From: Escherichia phage UoN_LG358_1
Sequence record: OK570374
Strand: one strand, 5' to 3'
Length of the DNA: 64,000 nt
Notes under the pieces: generated by a model
Told to the model about the DNA's origin: nothing
Seen by the model: only the letters and a program-made list of their open reading frames with translations
Database searches by the model: none
Program-made: the position numbers and the translations under genes
Shown: positions 55,532 through 64,000 of the stretch, in pieces
How positions within the stretch are numbered: the stretch's first letter is position 1
How the letters are laid out: the number at the start of each line of letters is the position of its first letter

Positions 55532-55861
55532 CTAGTGGTAAGATGGCGCAACATTGTCACCTTGGAACCAGGCCGAATTGGAAGATACTTTATTAGCATA
55601 TTCCCATTTTTCTGTTAAGTCATTTAGCCCGGCTTGCATTTTCGCGTATGACGCTTGCTGATATCGGTCCATTGTTATTAAAGATTTTGCCATTGCGGAC
55701 AAAAGTTTTCGCCTACCTTCATTGCCATAATTATGAATAAGCGTTCTATTATATTCCGGCACTAAAAATGAAAGCGAATGTCTGATGTCAGACAAATGCT
55801 CAGCCTTTAATTTTAATCTTTTAACGGCAATAGTTTTTCTTAACTTTTCAATCATTGTCAA
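55532..55861 (-). CDS. Hypothetical protein
   Basis: 109-aa ORF. Confidence 0.4.
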   Translation of the reverse strand: MTMIEKLRKTIAVKRLKLKAEHLSDIRHSLSFLVPEYNRTLIHNYGNEGRRKLLSAMAKSLITMDRYQQASYAKMQAGLNDLTEKWEYANKVSSNSAWFQGDNVAPSYH

Positions 55862-56050
55862 TTATCCTCGGTTTGCTAATGCGCATTCAATATCATTAGC
55901 ATTAATATAATCCTCAGCAAAAACGATATCACCGATTTTTAGTTGAATTACAAATAGAGAGTCTAAAAACTCAGGTGGTTTAATCTCGATAGACATTTCT
56001 TCTTTAATAATTTCTATTACCGCGCGGTGTAATTCATCTTTAGTCATCAT
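55862..56050 (-). CDS. Hypothetical small protein
   Basis: 62-aa ORF. Confidence 0.35.
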   Translation of the reverse strand: MMTKDELHRAVIEIIKEEMSIEIKPPEFLDSLFVIQLKIGDIVFAEDYINANDIECALANRG

Positions 56051-56286
56051 TTACCCGCAATTAAAACACCGACCATAAAAATAATCCAGAACGGGTAAAA
56101 GAAAACCATTGACCATTCTGCAACTATTTTTGTCAGTTTATGTTTAGTAGTGCGACAGCTCGACGCTGGCATTCCAATACACCAAGCAAATTTTCTAACA
56201 AATAAAAAACCGATAATTAAATAAGCAACTACACCTAATACAATTAAAATTTCCATAATTACACCGCCATTATAAACCCAATGCAT
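56047..56286 (-). CDS. Small membrane protein
   Basis: 79 aa, two hydrophobic segments. Confidence 0.4.
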   Translation of the reverse strand: MHWVYNGGVIMEILIVLGVVAYLIIGFLFVRKFAWCIGMPASSCRTTKHKLTKIVAEWSMVFFYPFWIIFMVGVLIAGK

Positions 56287-56620
56287 CCCGTTCTGATTCG
56301 GTTAATTTTGCTAAAGCTTGTTCACGTACTCGTTTAATGCGCTCTTCTTTGTCTTTGGCAGTTTCTCGTTGAATATCAAAACCGTTTTTAACGATAAATG
56401 AAAGCGTCTTTCCATCTGCAAATATAACTGTTAAAGCTTCTTTTGACATGTCTGAAACATGTCCATCACTGCCGTACCAGGATTTACCAGCGACGCTCTC
56501 GCGCGCTTTTTCATATGAGTCATAGTATCCATAATGTTGAGTTCTGCGGTCATCTGGGGATATCGTAGCTTCCCAGACCTTTTCAATTTTACTGCTAATA
56601 ATAGTTGTATTATTAATCAT
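56270..56620 (-). CDS. Hypothetical protein
   Basis: 116-aa ORF. Confidence 0.4.
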   Translation of the reverse strand: MINNTTIISSKIEKVWEATISPDDRRTQHYGYYDSYEKARESVAGKSWYGSDGHVSDMSKEALTVIFADGKTLSFIVKNGFDIQRETAKDKEERIKRVREQALAKLTESERDALGL

Positions 56621-56673
56621 TTTTTAATTCCTCAATATGGCTTTCGCAATTAATCACAAAAACTCTTTAATTT

Positions 56674-56952
56674 CTACCTGCATAATTTACCCTTAAATAA
56701 TTCTGCCCGGGCAGCTCGTTTAGGTTCGCAGTTCCAATATTTATCTTTACATGGAGTGCTGCAAAACTTATGTTGCCAACTACGCTTTGTAATAACCTTT
56801 CGGCAATAAGGACAATACATTTTTGTCCCTACTTTCACTGAAGTATTATTATCATAAATTGGTTTCATTACATTATAACGAGTATCTAATTCTTCCTCTT
56901 CAACGTAATCCCAATCTTCATCTAATCCGTATCCCATTATCCTTTGCTCCAA
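56674..56952 (-). CDS. Small zinc-ribbon protein
   Basis: 92 aa; CPYC...CSTPC cysteine pattern. Confidence 0.4.
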   Translation of the reverse strand: MEQRIMGYGLDEDWDYVEEEELDTRYNVMKPIYDNNTSVKVGTKMYCPYCRKVITKRSWQHKFCSTPCKDKYWNCEPKRAARAELFKGKLCR

Positions 56953-57930
56953 TTATTTCAGCATTGTTACTTCTGAGATTTCACGCCAATTTTTCTCGTC
57001 TGTTGCTACGAAATCCGCCAAATACAAGGCAGTACGTAATGATACATTACGAAGACGGTTTACGTTGTTTTTCATAAATTCGAGAACATCAACAACCTGT
57101 GAATTACGTAATCCGCGATTTTGTAACATCCGGGTATTCATAATAACTTCTTCAACGCGGACCATTATTTCTTCATTTGAATGAACACCTAAATCTAAAT
57201 AAACTGAACGTGATACCAAAGCAGCAAGATGCGGTGCTAATTTGCTTCCACGTTCTAATTCTTTATCAATATCAACGTTTGTGATAAAAACTACTGTTCC
57301 CTCATATTCAAATTCATTTGGGATGTTTTTTTCTTCCAAGTAAGAAGAAGCAGTACTCCAACATACCTTACGTTTATCACCCGAATCCAAAGCAGCTTTA
57401 AGAAGATTTAGAATATCCATATCAGAAAATACGTCCACATCATCAATAAGCAGAACTGAATTAGCTTCACGAGATTCCCAAAGACGGCAGTAAAGACCAA
57501 TCCCGGAAATTTTACCATTGACTGATTTATATTCAATTCTACCATCATTGTGAGCATTTTCCAATGCTTTATCTAAGGTGTAAGTTTTACCAATACCCGC
57601 AGCGCCCGAGATGATAAGTGAACGAATGTTACCATTTATAATACCATTCGTCATAAATCCCATAACGTTAAAGCGCTTATTAATGCGAGCTTTCATATCA
57701 TCTACGCTTTCGATAAGTTCAATCTTTTTAGTAGTTCCGCTGTAGCTGATATCTGATTTGTAAACCCAAACACCTTTTTTCTTACCATTAATCATTACGA
57801 ATACTTTACCATCACCTTGGGCAGCATCTTCGGGTTTCAAAGTTTCCGGGAACCATTCCCCTACTAATTCGAACGTCCCGGAAATTTCTTTTCCGAAGTT
57901 AATACCTTTATTGATAGTGATGGTTGTCAT
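56953..57930 (-). CDS. P-loop NTPase (AAA-like) of unknown role
   Basis: 325 aa from ATG at 57930 (GGAGAA SD); Walker A GAAGIGKT and Walker B VLLIDDVD. Confidence 0.6.
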   Translation of the reverse strand: MTTITINKGINFGKEISGTFELVGEWFPETLKPEDAAQGDGKVFVMINGKKKGVWVYKSDISYSGTTKKIELIESVDDMKARINKRFNVMGFMTNGIINGNIRSLIISGAAGIGKTYTLDKALENAHNDGRIEYKSVNGKISGIGLYCRLWESREANSVLLIDDVDVFSDMDILNLLKAALDSGDKRKVCWSTASSYLEEKNIPNEFEYEGTVVFITNVDIDKELERGSKLAPHLAALVSRSVYLDLGVHSNEEIMVRVEEVIMNTRMLQNRGLRNSQVVDVLEFMKNNVNRLRNVSLRTALYLADFVATDEKNWREISEVTMLK

Positions 57931-57969
57931 TTTATTCTCCAAGTTAGTTTTTGTTTTACCATTTATTTG

Positions 57970-58010
57970 GTATGAAGTAATAGTATCATCATTTCATACC
58001 GTTGTAAACA
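57970..58010 (-). promoter_or_regulatory. T4-type early promoter
   Basis: gtaaac at 58004-58009; -10 TGATACTAT; A/T-rich upstream. Confidence 0.5.
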
Positions 58011-58017
58011 TTATTTT

Positions 58018-58236
58018 TTAAATTAATGCTAAAATTTCGTTGACGTAGTAAGGACGAACTTTGGAGTTCAAGAAAAATTCATCAACGAAGTCAATCAATT
58101 CATCAGTAGTACCAGAAATGTTTGCTAACTTAGAGAAAACTTCTCCGACCATCAAAGCTTCAAATTTAACGTTGTATTGACGAGCTACTTCTTCGGCTTT
58201 TGTGACGTTATTTACTACGATTTGCAAAGTTTTCAT
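58018..58236 (-). CDS. Hypothetical small protein
   Basis: 72 aa from MKTLQIV (GGAGAA SD). Confidence 0.45.
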   Translation of the reverse strand: MKTLQIVVNNVTKAEEVARQYNVKFEALMVGEVFSKLANISGTTDELIDFVDEFFLNSKVRPYYVNEILALI

Positions 58237-58254
58237 TTTATTCTCCTTTGGTTT

Positions 58255-58295
58255 TGATAGTGCTATAATACCATATGTCATAGCACTTGTAAACA
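58255..58295 (-). promoter_or_regulatory. T4-type early promoter
   Basis: gtaaac at 58289-58294; 18-bp spacer; TATTAT -10. Confidence 0.5.
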
Positions 58296-58532
58296 TTATT
58301 TTTTGAAATTTGCGTTTTTAACAGTAACTTCATCTTCTGGGTTGAAAACGAACTGCTTAAACAATGTTTCTGCTTTTGGATTGAAAATCATAGTGAAGAA
58401 AGTTAAAGTGCCCGGTTCAACTTCACGAACTCCGCAGATATCATATTCAACGTTATCAACGATAAGTTTATTTGAGTTTAGTGCATCTTTAGCTTTGATT
58501 ACAGAAGTTTCGATTTTCAGGGTAACTTTCAT
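58296..58532 (-). CDS. Hypothetical small protein
   Basis: 78 aa from MKVTLKIE (GGAGAA SD). Confidence 0.45.
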   Translation of the reverse strand: MKVTLKIETSVIKAKDALNSNKLIVDNVEYDICGVREVEPGTLTFFTMIFNPKAETLFKQFVFNPEDEVTVKNANFKK

Positions 58533-58561
58533 TTTATTCTCCAATGTATCAGTTTGTTTGG

Positions 58562-58602
58562 TATGAGGTAATAGTATCAAACTTTAAAGCATCTGTACAC
58601 AC
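58562..58602 (-). promoter_or_regulatory. Early promoter variant (-35 GTGTAC)
   Basis: Same cassette layout as the others, with gtacac at 58596-58601 in place of gtaaac. Confidence 0.4.
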
Positions 58603-58647
58603 TTTTTGAAAATTTTCTTCAAAAACAACAAAACCTCCCGAAGGAGG

Positions 58648-58902
58648 TTATTTGGAGTATTTTTCTAGCTGGCGCTCAGCGAACCGTTTAGGTAGCATAA
58701 ACAACCATTTTAGGATATGCCAGAGACCCGTTAAGATAAAAACAGGTAACCATAATAGTAATACAAACAGGTAAGAAGAAGTGTCCTCAATCGTCCCTCG
58801 TTTAACGAGGGCATTTGTTATAAACCAGCCGCATGTTAGATAAACTAACGTAACAATGATAGGCATAATCCACCAAAGCTGAGCTAAAAGTAAAGTAACC
58901 AT
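58648..58902 (-). CDS. Small membrane protein
   Basis: 84 aa, two or three TM segments. Confidence 0.45.
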   Translation of the reverse strand: MVTLLLAQLWWIMPIIVTLVYLTCGWFITNALVKRGTIEDTSSYLFVLLLWLPVFILTGLWHILKWLFMLPKRFAERQLEKYSK

Positions 58903-58905
58903 AAT

Positions 58906-59952
58906 TCACCGGTAGTAATGGTTGTGATTTTCAAGATAAACCTCTTCCAAGAACTTGTCCCAGAATGTCATATCAATTTTGTTAGGCATTCCATTTTTAG
59001 ACGCAGTCATTGCCAGTGCTTCAACTTCATCTACGATGTCTTCAAGACTAGCTTGGACATCTTTGAATGGGATTAATCCTTGCTTAATTTCTAAGATGAA
59101 TGGTGCAGTACAAAGAGGATATTTTAAGTCGCCTGTTTTGTAAATTTCCTTTAACTGATATCCAGCACGGTACGCATGACTCAGAGCTTTCCAATCAATG
59201 CCTTCGTTAGCTTCTGCCTTTCGTGCTCGTTCGCCATATTCACTATCAAGTTTGTTTAAAGACTGTTTGAGCTCAGTAACAGAGAGTGTAGTCTGGTATT
59301 TGCGTCCTAATACAGTATAGAACGTCTGTGGACCAGTTTTCTCATGGTTATGGAATACCCATTCACAGAATTCATTCTCTGGAAGACGATGTTTGATATC
59401 TTCAACCTTAGTACGACGTGGACGTGTCGGAATACATTCCTGATGGTCAACCCACTGCTCAGGAACTTGATTAACAATTTCAAGAACCTGGCGAAGAGCA
59501 GCCAGGCGCGAACCTTTTACACCATATTTGGCAGCTTGTTTCCGGACATATCCAAGATAAGATTTCATATTAGTGGTGTAAAACCGCCAACGGTTGTCTT
59601 GAATAAATTTCCACACTTCGGGCAAATCAGATTTAACAATCATATTGCTAGGAGTATGAAGCATATCAAGAGCAACAGTTTCTCCTTGCTTAGCGAGTTC
59701 CAACCAATATTTGAGAGAATAGAGTTCATGGTCCACGTCGTCTTTGGTGTTTTTAGTTTCAGTGTTATTGGTGTTAAAATTCGTGTGGTTCATAGCCCGC
59801 CCAAGTAGAATGTCTCGGGCGTTTGGAACAAAAATTTCTTTAAAATCGACATCACTTTCAGGCGTAGATGTACCGTATAAATGACTTCCAAAATAGCTTT
59901 TTACGACTGTTTTCATATTAGCCCCAAAATAATCCGTATGCATCCAGCGCAT
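58906..59952 (-). CDS. Nucleotidyltransferase-fold protein (Pol-beta-like NTase motif)
   Basis: 348 aa; N-terminal FGSHLYGTSTPESDVDF matches the G[SG]x(9-13)DxD nucleotidyltransferase signature. Confidence 0.55.
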   Translation of the reverse strand: MRWMHTDYFGANMKTVVKSYFGSHLYGTSTPESDVDFKEIFVPNARDILLGRAMNHTNFNTNNTETKNTKDDVDHELYSLKYWLELAKQGETVALDMLHTPSNMIVKSDLPEVWKFIQDNRWRFYTTNMKSYLGYVRKQAAKYGVKGSRLAALRQVLEIVNQVPEQWVDHQECIPTRPRRTKVEDIKHRLPENEFCEWVFHNHEKTGPQTFYTVLGRKYQTTLSVTELKQSLNKLDSEYGERARKAEANEGIDWKALSHAYRAGYQLKEIYKTGDLKYPLCTAPFILEIKQGLIPFKDVQASLEDIVDEVEALAMTASKNGMPNKIDMTFWDKFLEEVYLENHNHYYR

Positions 59953-60496
59953 TTGTATCTTTAAAATTAATCATTTCAATTTTACGAGTATTTTCGTTTT
60001 CAACGACCACAGCAGAACAGCTATCGTTGATGTAAACTACTTTCCAATATCCAGAGCTAGAAGGTTTAGAAAGCATATCGCCAACAGCCACAGGTCTGTT
60101 AATGAATTTTTTCTTATTTACAACTTTACATAATGTGTATTTTTTAGGGTCAAAAACAAGTTCTTCACCTTTATATTCGACAACAGAAAAATGTTCAACT
60201 TTGAAAAAATCTGAGCCATTATAATAAAGAATTTCGTCTTTAAAGTCCAATTGAATGATGGCGTCCGGGTCTCCAACTACTGTGCCAAATATATAATTCT
60301 GGCGGTTAACGTCTGAAAACTCTCCAAAACAAGTTTTACCTACTATACGTATTTCGTATTTTTTGGTTCCAGAGGGGTCAATCAAAATATTAAGAATATC
60401 GCCAGTTTCAATTGGTACTAGTTCCGGTTCAATTACTGTCTTGGGTTTTTTAAATGAAATTTTGCTCATGTTTTTCTCACTTTTTAACAAATTCAA
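59918..60496 (-). CDS. Hypothetical protein
   Basis: 192-aa ORF. Confidence 0.45.
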   Translation of the reverse strand: MNLLKSEKNMSKISFKKPKTVIEPELVPIETGDILNILIDPSGTKKYEIRIVGKTCFGEFSDVNRQNYIFGTVVGDPDAIIQLDFKDEILYYNGSDFFKVEHFSVVEYKGEELVFDPKKYTLCKVVNKKKFINRPVAVGDMLSKPSSSGYWKVVYINDSCSAVVVENENTRKIEMINFKDTNALDAYGLFWG

Positions 60497-60932
60497 TTAA
60501 TGGACAAATTTTTTCTTTTCGTGCTTTAATATATTGGATAACAATGCTTTTACTTTCCGTCTTTTCACCAGCTTCTATCTTTTTAATACGATTTTTGAGC
60601 CGGGTCGCATAAATTTTACTCTGCACTTTATAGCATAAAAGATTTATACCAACAAGCACTCCAAAAATAGCGCTTATAACAATAATTCCAATAATTGTTC
60701 CTAGAATTACACTTCCTACTGAATTTGAAATACCAATGGAAGATAACAGATATATTGCTAAATCAACTCCAATTAAACTACATGCAAATAATATAATAAA
60801 AATTACTGAAGCAGACATAATTAGTACAAGTACAATTTTCCAAAAATACACACATAAACTATTCGGCCGAGTAAAAGAACTAAAAAAGAAGTCATAAATT
60901 CGACAATGCCAAGAACTAGTATTAATAATCAT
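60477..60932 (-). CDS. Integral membrane protein
   Basis: 151 aa, several TM segments. Confidence 0.45.
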   Translation of the reverse strand: MIINTSSWHCRIYDFFFSSFTRPNSLCVYFWKIVLVLIMSASVIFIILFACSLIGVDLAIYLLSSIGISNSVGSVILGTIIGIIVISAIFGVLVGINLLCYKVQSKIYATRLKNRIKKIEAGEKTESKSIVIQYIKARKEKICPLIEFVKK

Positions 60933-61180
60933 TGTTCATTTCCTTTCATAGAAGGCAGTACAATATTCAAATAGTCACGAAGTTTTTCAGCTTCGGTTTT
61001 TAACAGAAAAATTTCTACGTCTTCGTCTTCATAATCTCTATGAATTATGCTAACAATCTCATAGTTTTGTCCTTGATACCCATGTTCAATAACATCTAAG
61101 TTGAGAACACTTATTTCGCCAAAAGATGCATCAATTACATTAGCTTCGCGGCCAACGCCTTTAAAATTCATTACTGTCAT
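60929..61180 (-). CDS. Hypothetical small acidic protein
   Basis: 83-aa ORF. Confidence 0.4.
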   Translation of the reverse strand: MTVMNFKGVGREANVIDASFGEISVLNLDVIEHGYQGQNYEIVSIIHRDYEDEDVEIFLLKTEAEKLRDYLNIVLPSMKGNEQ

Positions 61181-61277
61181 TACTATTTCCTATTATTAAC
61201 AATACAATTATAATTAAAAGAACTATAGATATTATAGTCTCAAATCCATAAAGCGTAATAAATTCTATCATTTATGC

Positions 61278-61559
61278 TTATCCTGTTTGATTGGTTTTGT
61301 TAGCAATATAAGACATTTTAGCAGCATAAACATAAGAAGAACTTTTATGAATAATTTGAGCTAAATGGGGCAGTGCTTCAGTATCTTTTATAAACCTTTC
61401 TAGCTGTGAACGACATATTCCATCTTCTAGCATTTCATCATATATGGTATACATCAAAAACCCGGTCTGGCCCTTGTACTGGCAAATTTCAATTCGTTCA
61501 TTGCCGTCATAACAACGAGTAACAAGCAAATCACCTACTTCAAGTTTTGGAAAACTCAT
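61278..61559 (-). CDS. Hypothetical protein
   Basis: 93-aa ORF. Confidence 0.4.
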   Translation of the reverse strand: MSFPKLEVGDLLVTRCYDGNERIEICQYKGQTGFLMYTIYDEMLEDGICRSQLERFIKDTEALPHLAQIIHKSSSYVYAAKMSYIANKTNQTG

Positions 61560-61617
61560 CTTACACTCCCCAGATATTAAAGTTCATTGTAAACTTACTT
61601 TAGCAAATTCAGCGATA

Positions 61618-61782
61618 TTATTCGTTGTCCACTGTTTCCCAAGCAAGAGTTACTACAATGTTTTCAATAGATTGCACTAAGTGTTGTTTTGCACCAGTTG
61701 ATAAATCATACTGACATAACGAATTAGCTAATTCAATTAACTTTCTTTTAGTCTCTTCATGAGCTGTTTCGTCATATTTCAT
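61618..61782 (-). CDS. Hypothetical 54-aa protein (not in ORF track)
   Basis: ATG with GGGAAG SD; MKYDETAHEETKRKLIELANSLCQYDLSTGAKQHLVQSIENIVVTLAWETVDNE. Confidence 0.35.
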   Translation of the reverse strand: MKYDETAHEETKRKLIELANSLCQYDLSTGAKQHLVQSIENIVVTLAWETVDNE

Positions 61783-61941
61783 TGTAAACTTCCCTTAACT
61801 AATTCAACGATACCATTCACAAGATTGTAAGTAAACAATGGATGATTGTATTGAACGAACAGATAAACAGCAATAATAACGTTTTTCATATATCCTCCAT
61901 ATGATGAGATAATTATACCATATCTCATCATGAATGTACAA

Positions 61942-62361
61942 TCAAAAACTAAATGAATTCAAAAATGATTTTTCATCTATCGGGCTATTATTTTTAGCGT
62001 ATTCAGCATCTTTTGGGTCACTAAATTCATTATCTTTCAATTCTGCGCAGAAATGAATTGCTCCACCAAAATTAGTAAAAACTCGGTTCAAATTATAAAC
62101 CGTGCTTCGCTCTGAAGTCTCAACGCCCATATCAGCCAAAGAAGATTCAGTTACGTATTCTTTAATACCATCAAAACTTTTATACTTTCGAATATGTTTA
62201 ACAAACCAAGATTTAGAATACCCAAAATCTACCAAGAATGGATGACTCAAAACAATAAGTTTGTCAATAGACTCTTCTGAGACTTCAGTTTCGGTACGAT
62301 GAATTCCATAGACATGATACAGAACTCGGCCAGGGACAAAATCTTCGAATTTAGCTTTCAT
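61942..62361 (-). CDS. Hypothetical protein
   Basis: 139-aa ORF following an early promoter. Confidence 0.45.
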   Translation of the reverse strand: MKAKFEDFVPGRVLYHVYGIHRTETEVSEESIDKLIVLSHPFLVDFGYSKSWFVKHIRKYKSFDGIKEYVTESSLADMGVETSERSTVYNLNRVFTNFGGAIHFCAELKDNEFSDPKDAEYAKNNSPIDEKSFLNSFSF

Positions 62362-62382
62362 GATATTTTCCTCATTTGTTTT

Positions 62383-62422
62383 GATAAGTTAATAGTAACA
62401 CAGTTTTTGGAGGATGTAAACG
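62383..62422 (-). promoter_or_regulatory. T4-type early promoter (cassette family B)
   Basis: gtaaac at 62416-62421; block identical to 45595-45640. Confidence 0.55.
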
Positions 62423-62464
62423 GTTGATATGAAAATGCCCTGGACTGATGCCAGGGCGATAGGA

Positions 62465-62851
62465 TTACTCCAAGGTAAGGAGGTACTTCAGTTGGTAAAA
62501 TGCTCCAACAATCTCATCCACCGTGTTCTGTATAGCGCGAGGAATTTTATCATAAATTGTGTCAGATTCAGTTAAGATGAGTTCAATCATTTTTATAGTG
62601 TCGCTTGGCAAAGTCTTTTGTTCTGGAATGTCCGGAACGTAAGGCTTGCCAGAAAAGCCTAGCCATTGTTCACCAAACTTATCAATCAAGTCAGGTAATT
62701 CATCAAATATAAAATTGTATGCTTTATGACGAGCATAGCTTTTAGTTTCGAAATGAGCTGAATGAAAATATGAACGAGAAACCATTAACAAGCCAAGATA
62801 TCTATTGGCTTCGTTTGATTTGCCGCCTTTAGCAAAATCTTCAAATTTCAT
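62465..62851 (-). CDS. Hypothetical protein (rI.-1 position)
   Basis: 128 aa from MKFEDF (AGGAAG SD). Confidence 0.5.
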   Translation of the reverse strand: MKFEDFAKGGKSNEANRYLGLLMVSRSYFHSAHFETKSYARHKAYNFIFDELPDLIDKFGEQWLGFSGKPYVPDIPEQKTLPSDTIKMIELILTESDTIYDKIPRAIQNTVDEIVGAFYQLKYLLTLE

Positions 62852-63125
62852 GTTCTTCCTTTTCAGTAAATCGATTAGTGTAATATTCTTTAGCAACCTC
62901 TACACCAGCAGCTTCGCACGTGCTAGTACATGGTTGTCTATCCCATTTTGACTTAACAAATGAGAAGAATTGCTCACTTTCCCGTTTATTATAAATTTTA
63001 TATTGAGTATACACTTTAAGCGCACCCTCAAAATACTCATCAAATTTAGGATTAAACGTGTCTGCATGTACTGGAACACACATAATTCCAATAAGCGCAG
63101 ATAGAAATAGAGCTCTTAAGGCCAT
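62841..63125 (-). CDS. rI: Lysis-inhibition regulator RI (periplasmic antiholin)
   Basis: 94 aa; signal-anchor MALRALFLSALIGIMCVPVHA; resembles recalled T4 RI (MALKA...FM, EQF.SF, C.S..E); GGAGG SD. Confidence 0.75.
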   Translation of the reverse strand: MALRALFLSALIGIMCVPVHADTFNPKFDEYFEGALKVYTQYKIYNKRESEQFFSFVKSKWDRQPCTSTCEAAGVEVAKEYYTNRFTEKEEHEI

Positions 63126-63136
63126 AATCGGCCTCC

Positions 63137-63355
63137 TTATTTTTGTCCAGTGTTTTGTTTGTGCTGTAATACAGCCTTAACTTCACTGAGGTATTTTTCC
63201 AGCTTACGTTTACGTGTATAATCTGCTTTCGAACCGTATAGACGTAATTCTTCTTGAAGGTGCGAAATACCATGCCCAATCTCACGACGAAGTTCGTCCA
63301 ATTGTTCTACAGTAAGATTACGAAGTTGCTTTTCGTTTAAATGCTGCATATACAC
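63137..63355 (-). CDS. Hypothetical small protein
   Basis: 72-aa ORF between tk and rI. Confidence 0.4.
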   Translation of the reverse strand: MYMQHLNEKQLRNLTVEQLDELRREIGHGISHLQEELRLYGSKADYTRKRKLEKYLSEVKAVLQHKQNTGQK

Positions 63356-63396
63356 CTCATTAGTTAGTAATAGTATTTATAAATGTAGTACTATTA

Positions 63397-63975
63397 TTAC
63401 ATACCAGTTAATTCACACCAGTGTTTGCGGCAAAGAGATACATACTTATCTTCGCCACCTAACTCTATTGTATTACCTTCTTTCACAGCGTTTCCATTTT
63501 CATCTATACGAGCCACCATGGTAGCTTTTCTTCCGCAATGACAAACGCCTTTCATTTCTATCAATTTGTCAGCAACCGCCAAAAGAGAAGCTGAACCAGT
63601 AAATAATTTACCTCTAAAATCTGTGCGCAATCCATATGCCATAACTGGAACATTATAGATATCCACGATTTTACATAACTCATGAACATTAGCTTCAGTT
63701 AAAAATTGCGCTTCATCAACAAATACGCAATGAATATCTCGTTGAGTTTGAGCCCATTTGAAAAATTCAAATATATCCATATCAGGCGTGATTACATTAG
63801 CTTCTTGGCGAAGACCAATGCGTGACACAACTTCAGTTGCCGAATCTCTATCATCAATTCCCGGTTTGAGAATTAATGTACCCATACCACGTTCTTTATA
63901 GTTATGAGCAGCTGTAAGAAGAGAAGCTGATTTCCCGGCATTCATGCTTGCATAGTTAAAATACAATTGAGCCAT
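63397..63975 (-). CDS. tk: Thymidine kinase
   Basis: 192 aa; P-loop MNAGKSASLL; C-terminal zinc-binding cysteines; typical TK1-family layout and T4 tk position. Confidence 0.9.
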   Translation of the reverse strand: MAQLYFNYASMNAGKSASLLTAAHNYKERGMGTLILKPGIDDRDSATEVVSRIGLRQEANVITPDMDIFEFFKWAQTQRDIHCVFVDEAQFLTEANVHELCKIVDIYNVPVMAYGLRTDFRGKLFTGSASLLAVADKLIEMKGVCHCGRKATMVARIDENGNAVKEGNTIELGGEDKYVSLCRKHWCELTGM

Positions 63976-64000
63976 TATAAGTCCTTCACTAAATTTTCCA

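Noticed and set aside
1-64000. tRNA genes, CRISPR arrays, integrase or transposase genes
   Set aside because: No cloverleaf-like conserved tRNA motifs, no regularly spaced direct repeats, and no recombinase-like ORFs were seen; the only mobile-type genes are homing endonucleases.

Overview
This window is a T4-like (Tevenvirinae-type) phage genome segment: it starts in the 3' end of a glycine-rich tail-fibre adhesin gene and the holin gene t (plus strand, late promoter), then runs about 63 kb through the minus-strand early/middle region. Gene assignments rest on my recall of T4 protein sequences and T4 gene order, not on a database search. Recognised genes, in coordinate order: asiA, motA, 52, ndd, a denB-position ORF, rIIB, rIIA, 60, a mobA-like HNH gene, 39, dexA, dda, a Mod-family ADP-ribosyltransferase, soc, 56, 61, 41, 40, uvsX, beta-gt, 42, imm, 43, regA, 62, 44, 45, rpbA, 46, 47, 55, nrdH, nrdG, nrdD, nrdC, rI and tk. 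Proteins look roughly 75-85% identical to T4 by eye, so this is a relative of T4, not T4 itself. The most notable features are: (1) a T4-style gene 60 translational-bypass cassette with a mobA-like HNH gene splitting the topoisomerase large subunit, but with a 48-nt in-frame gap and non-identical take-off/landing glycine codons (GGU/GGC); (2) an extra 278-aa ORF with glycosyltransferase-like motifs, translationally coupled between gene 42 and beta-gt, while no alpha-gt-sized gene is present between 47 and 55; (3) three additional free-standing homing-endonuclease genes (two HNH, one GIY-YIG) at the 61, 46/47 and nrdD loci; (4) families of near-identical early-promoter cassettes and a roughly 85-bp element found twice upstream of early promoters. 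No tRNA, rRNA, CRISPR array or group I intron was seen. Many ORF-track N-termini run into promoters or use TTG/GTG; I re-set starts to the first ATG with a Shine-Dalgarno match where I could check it by hand.
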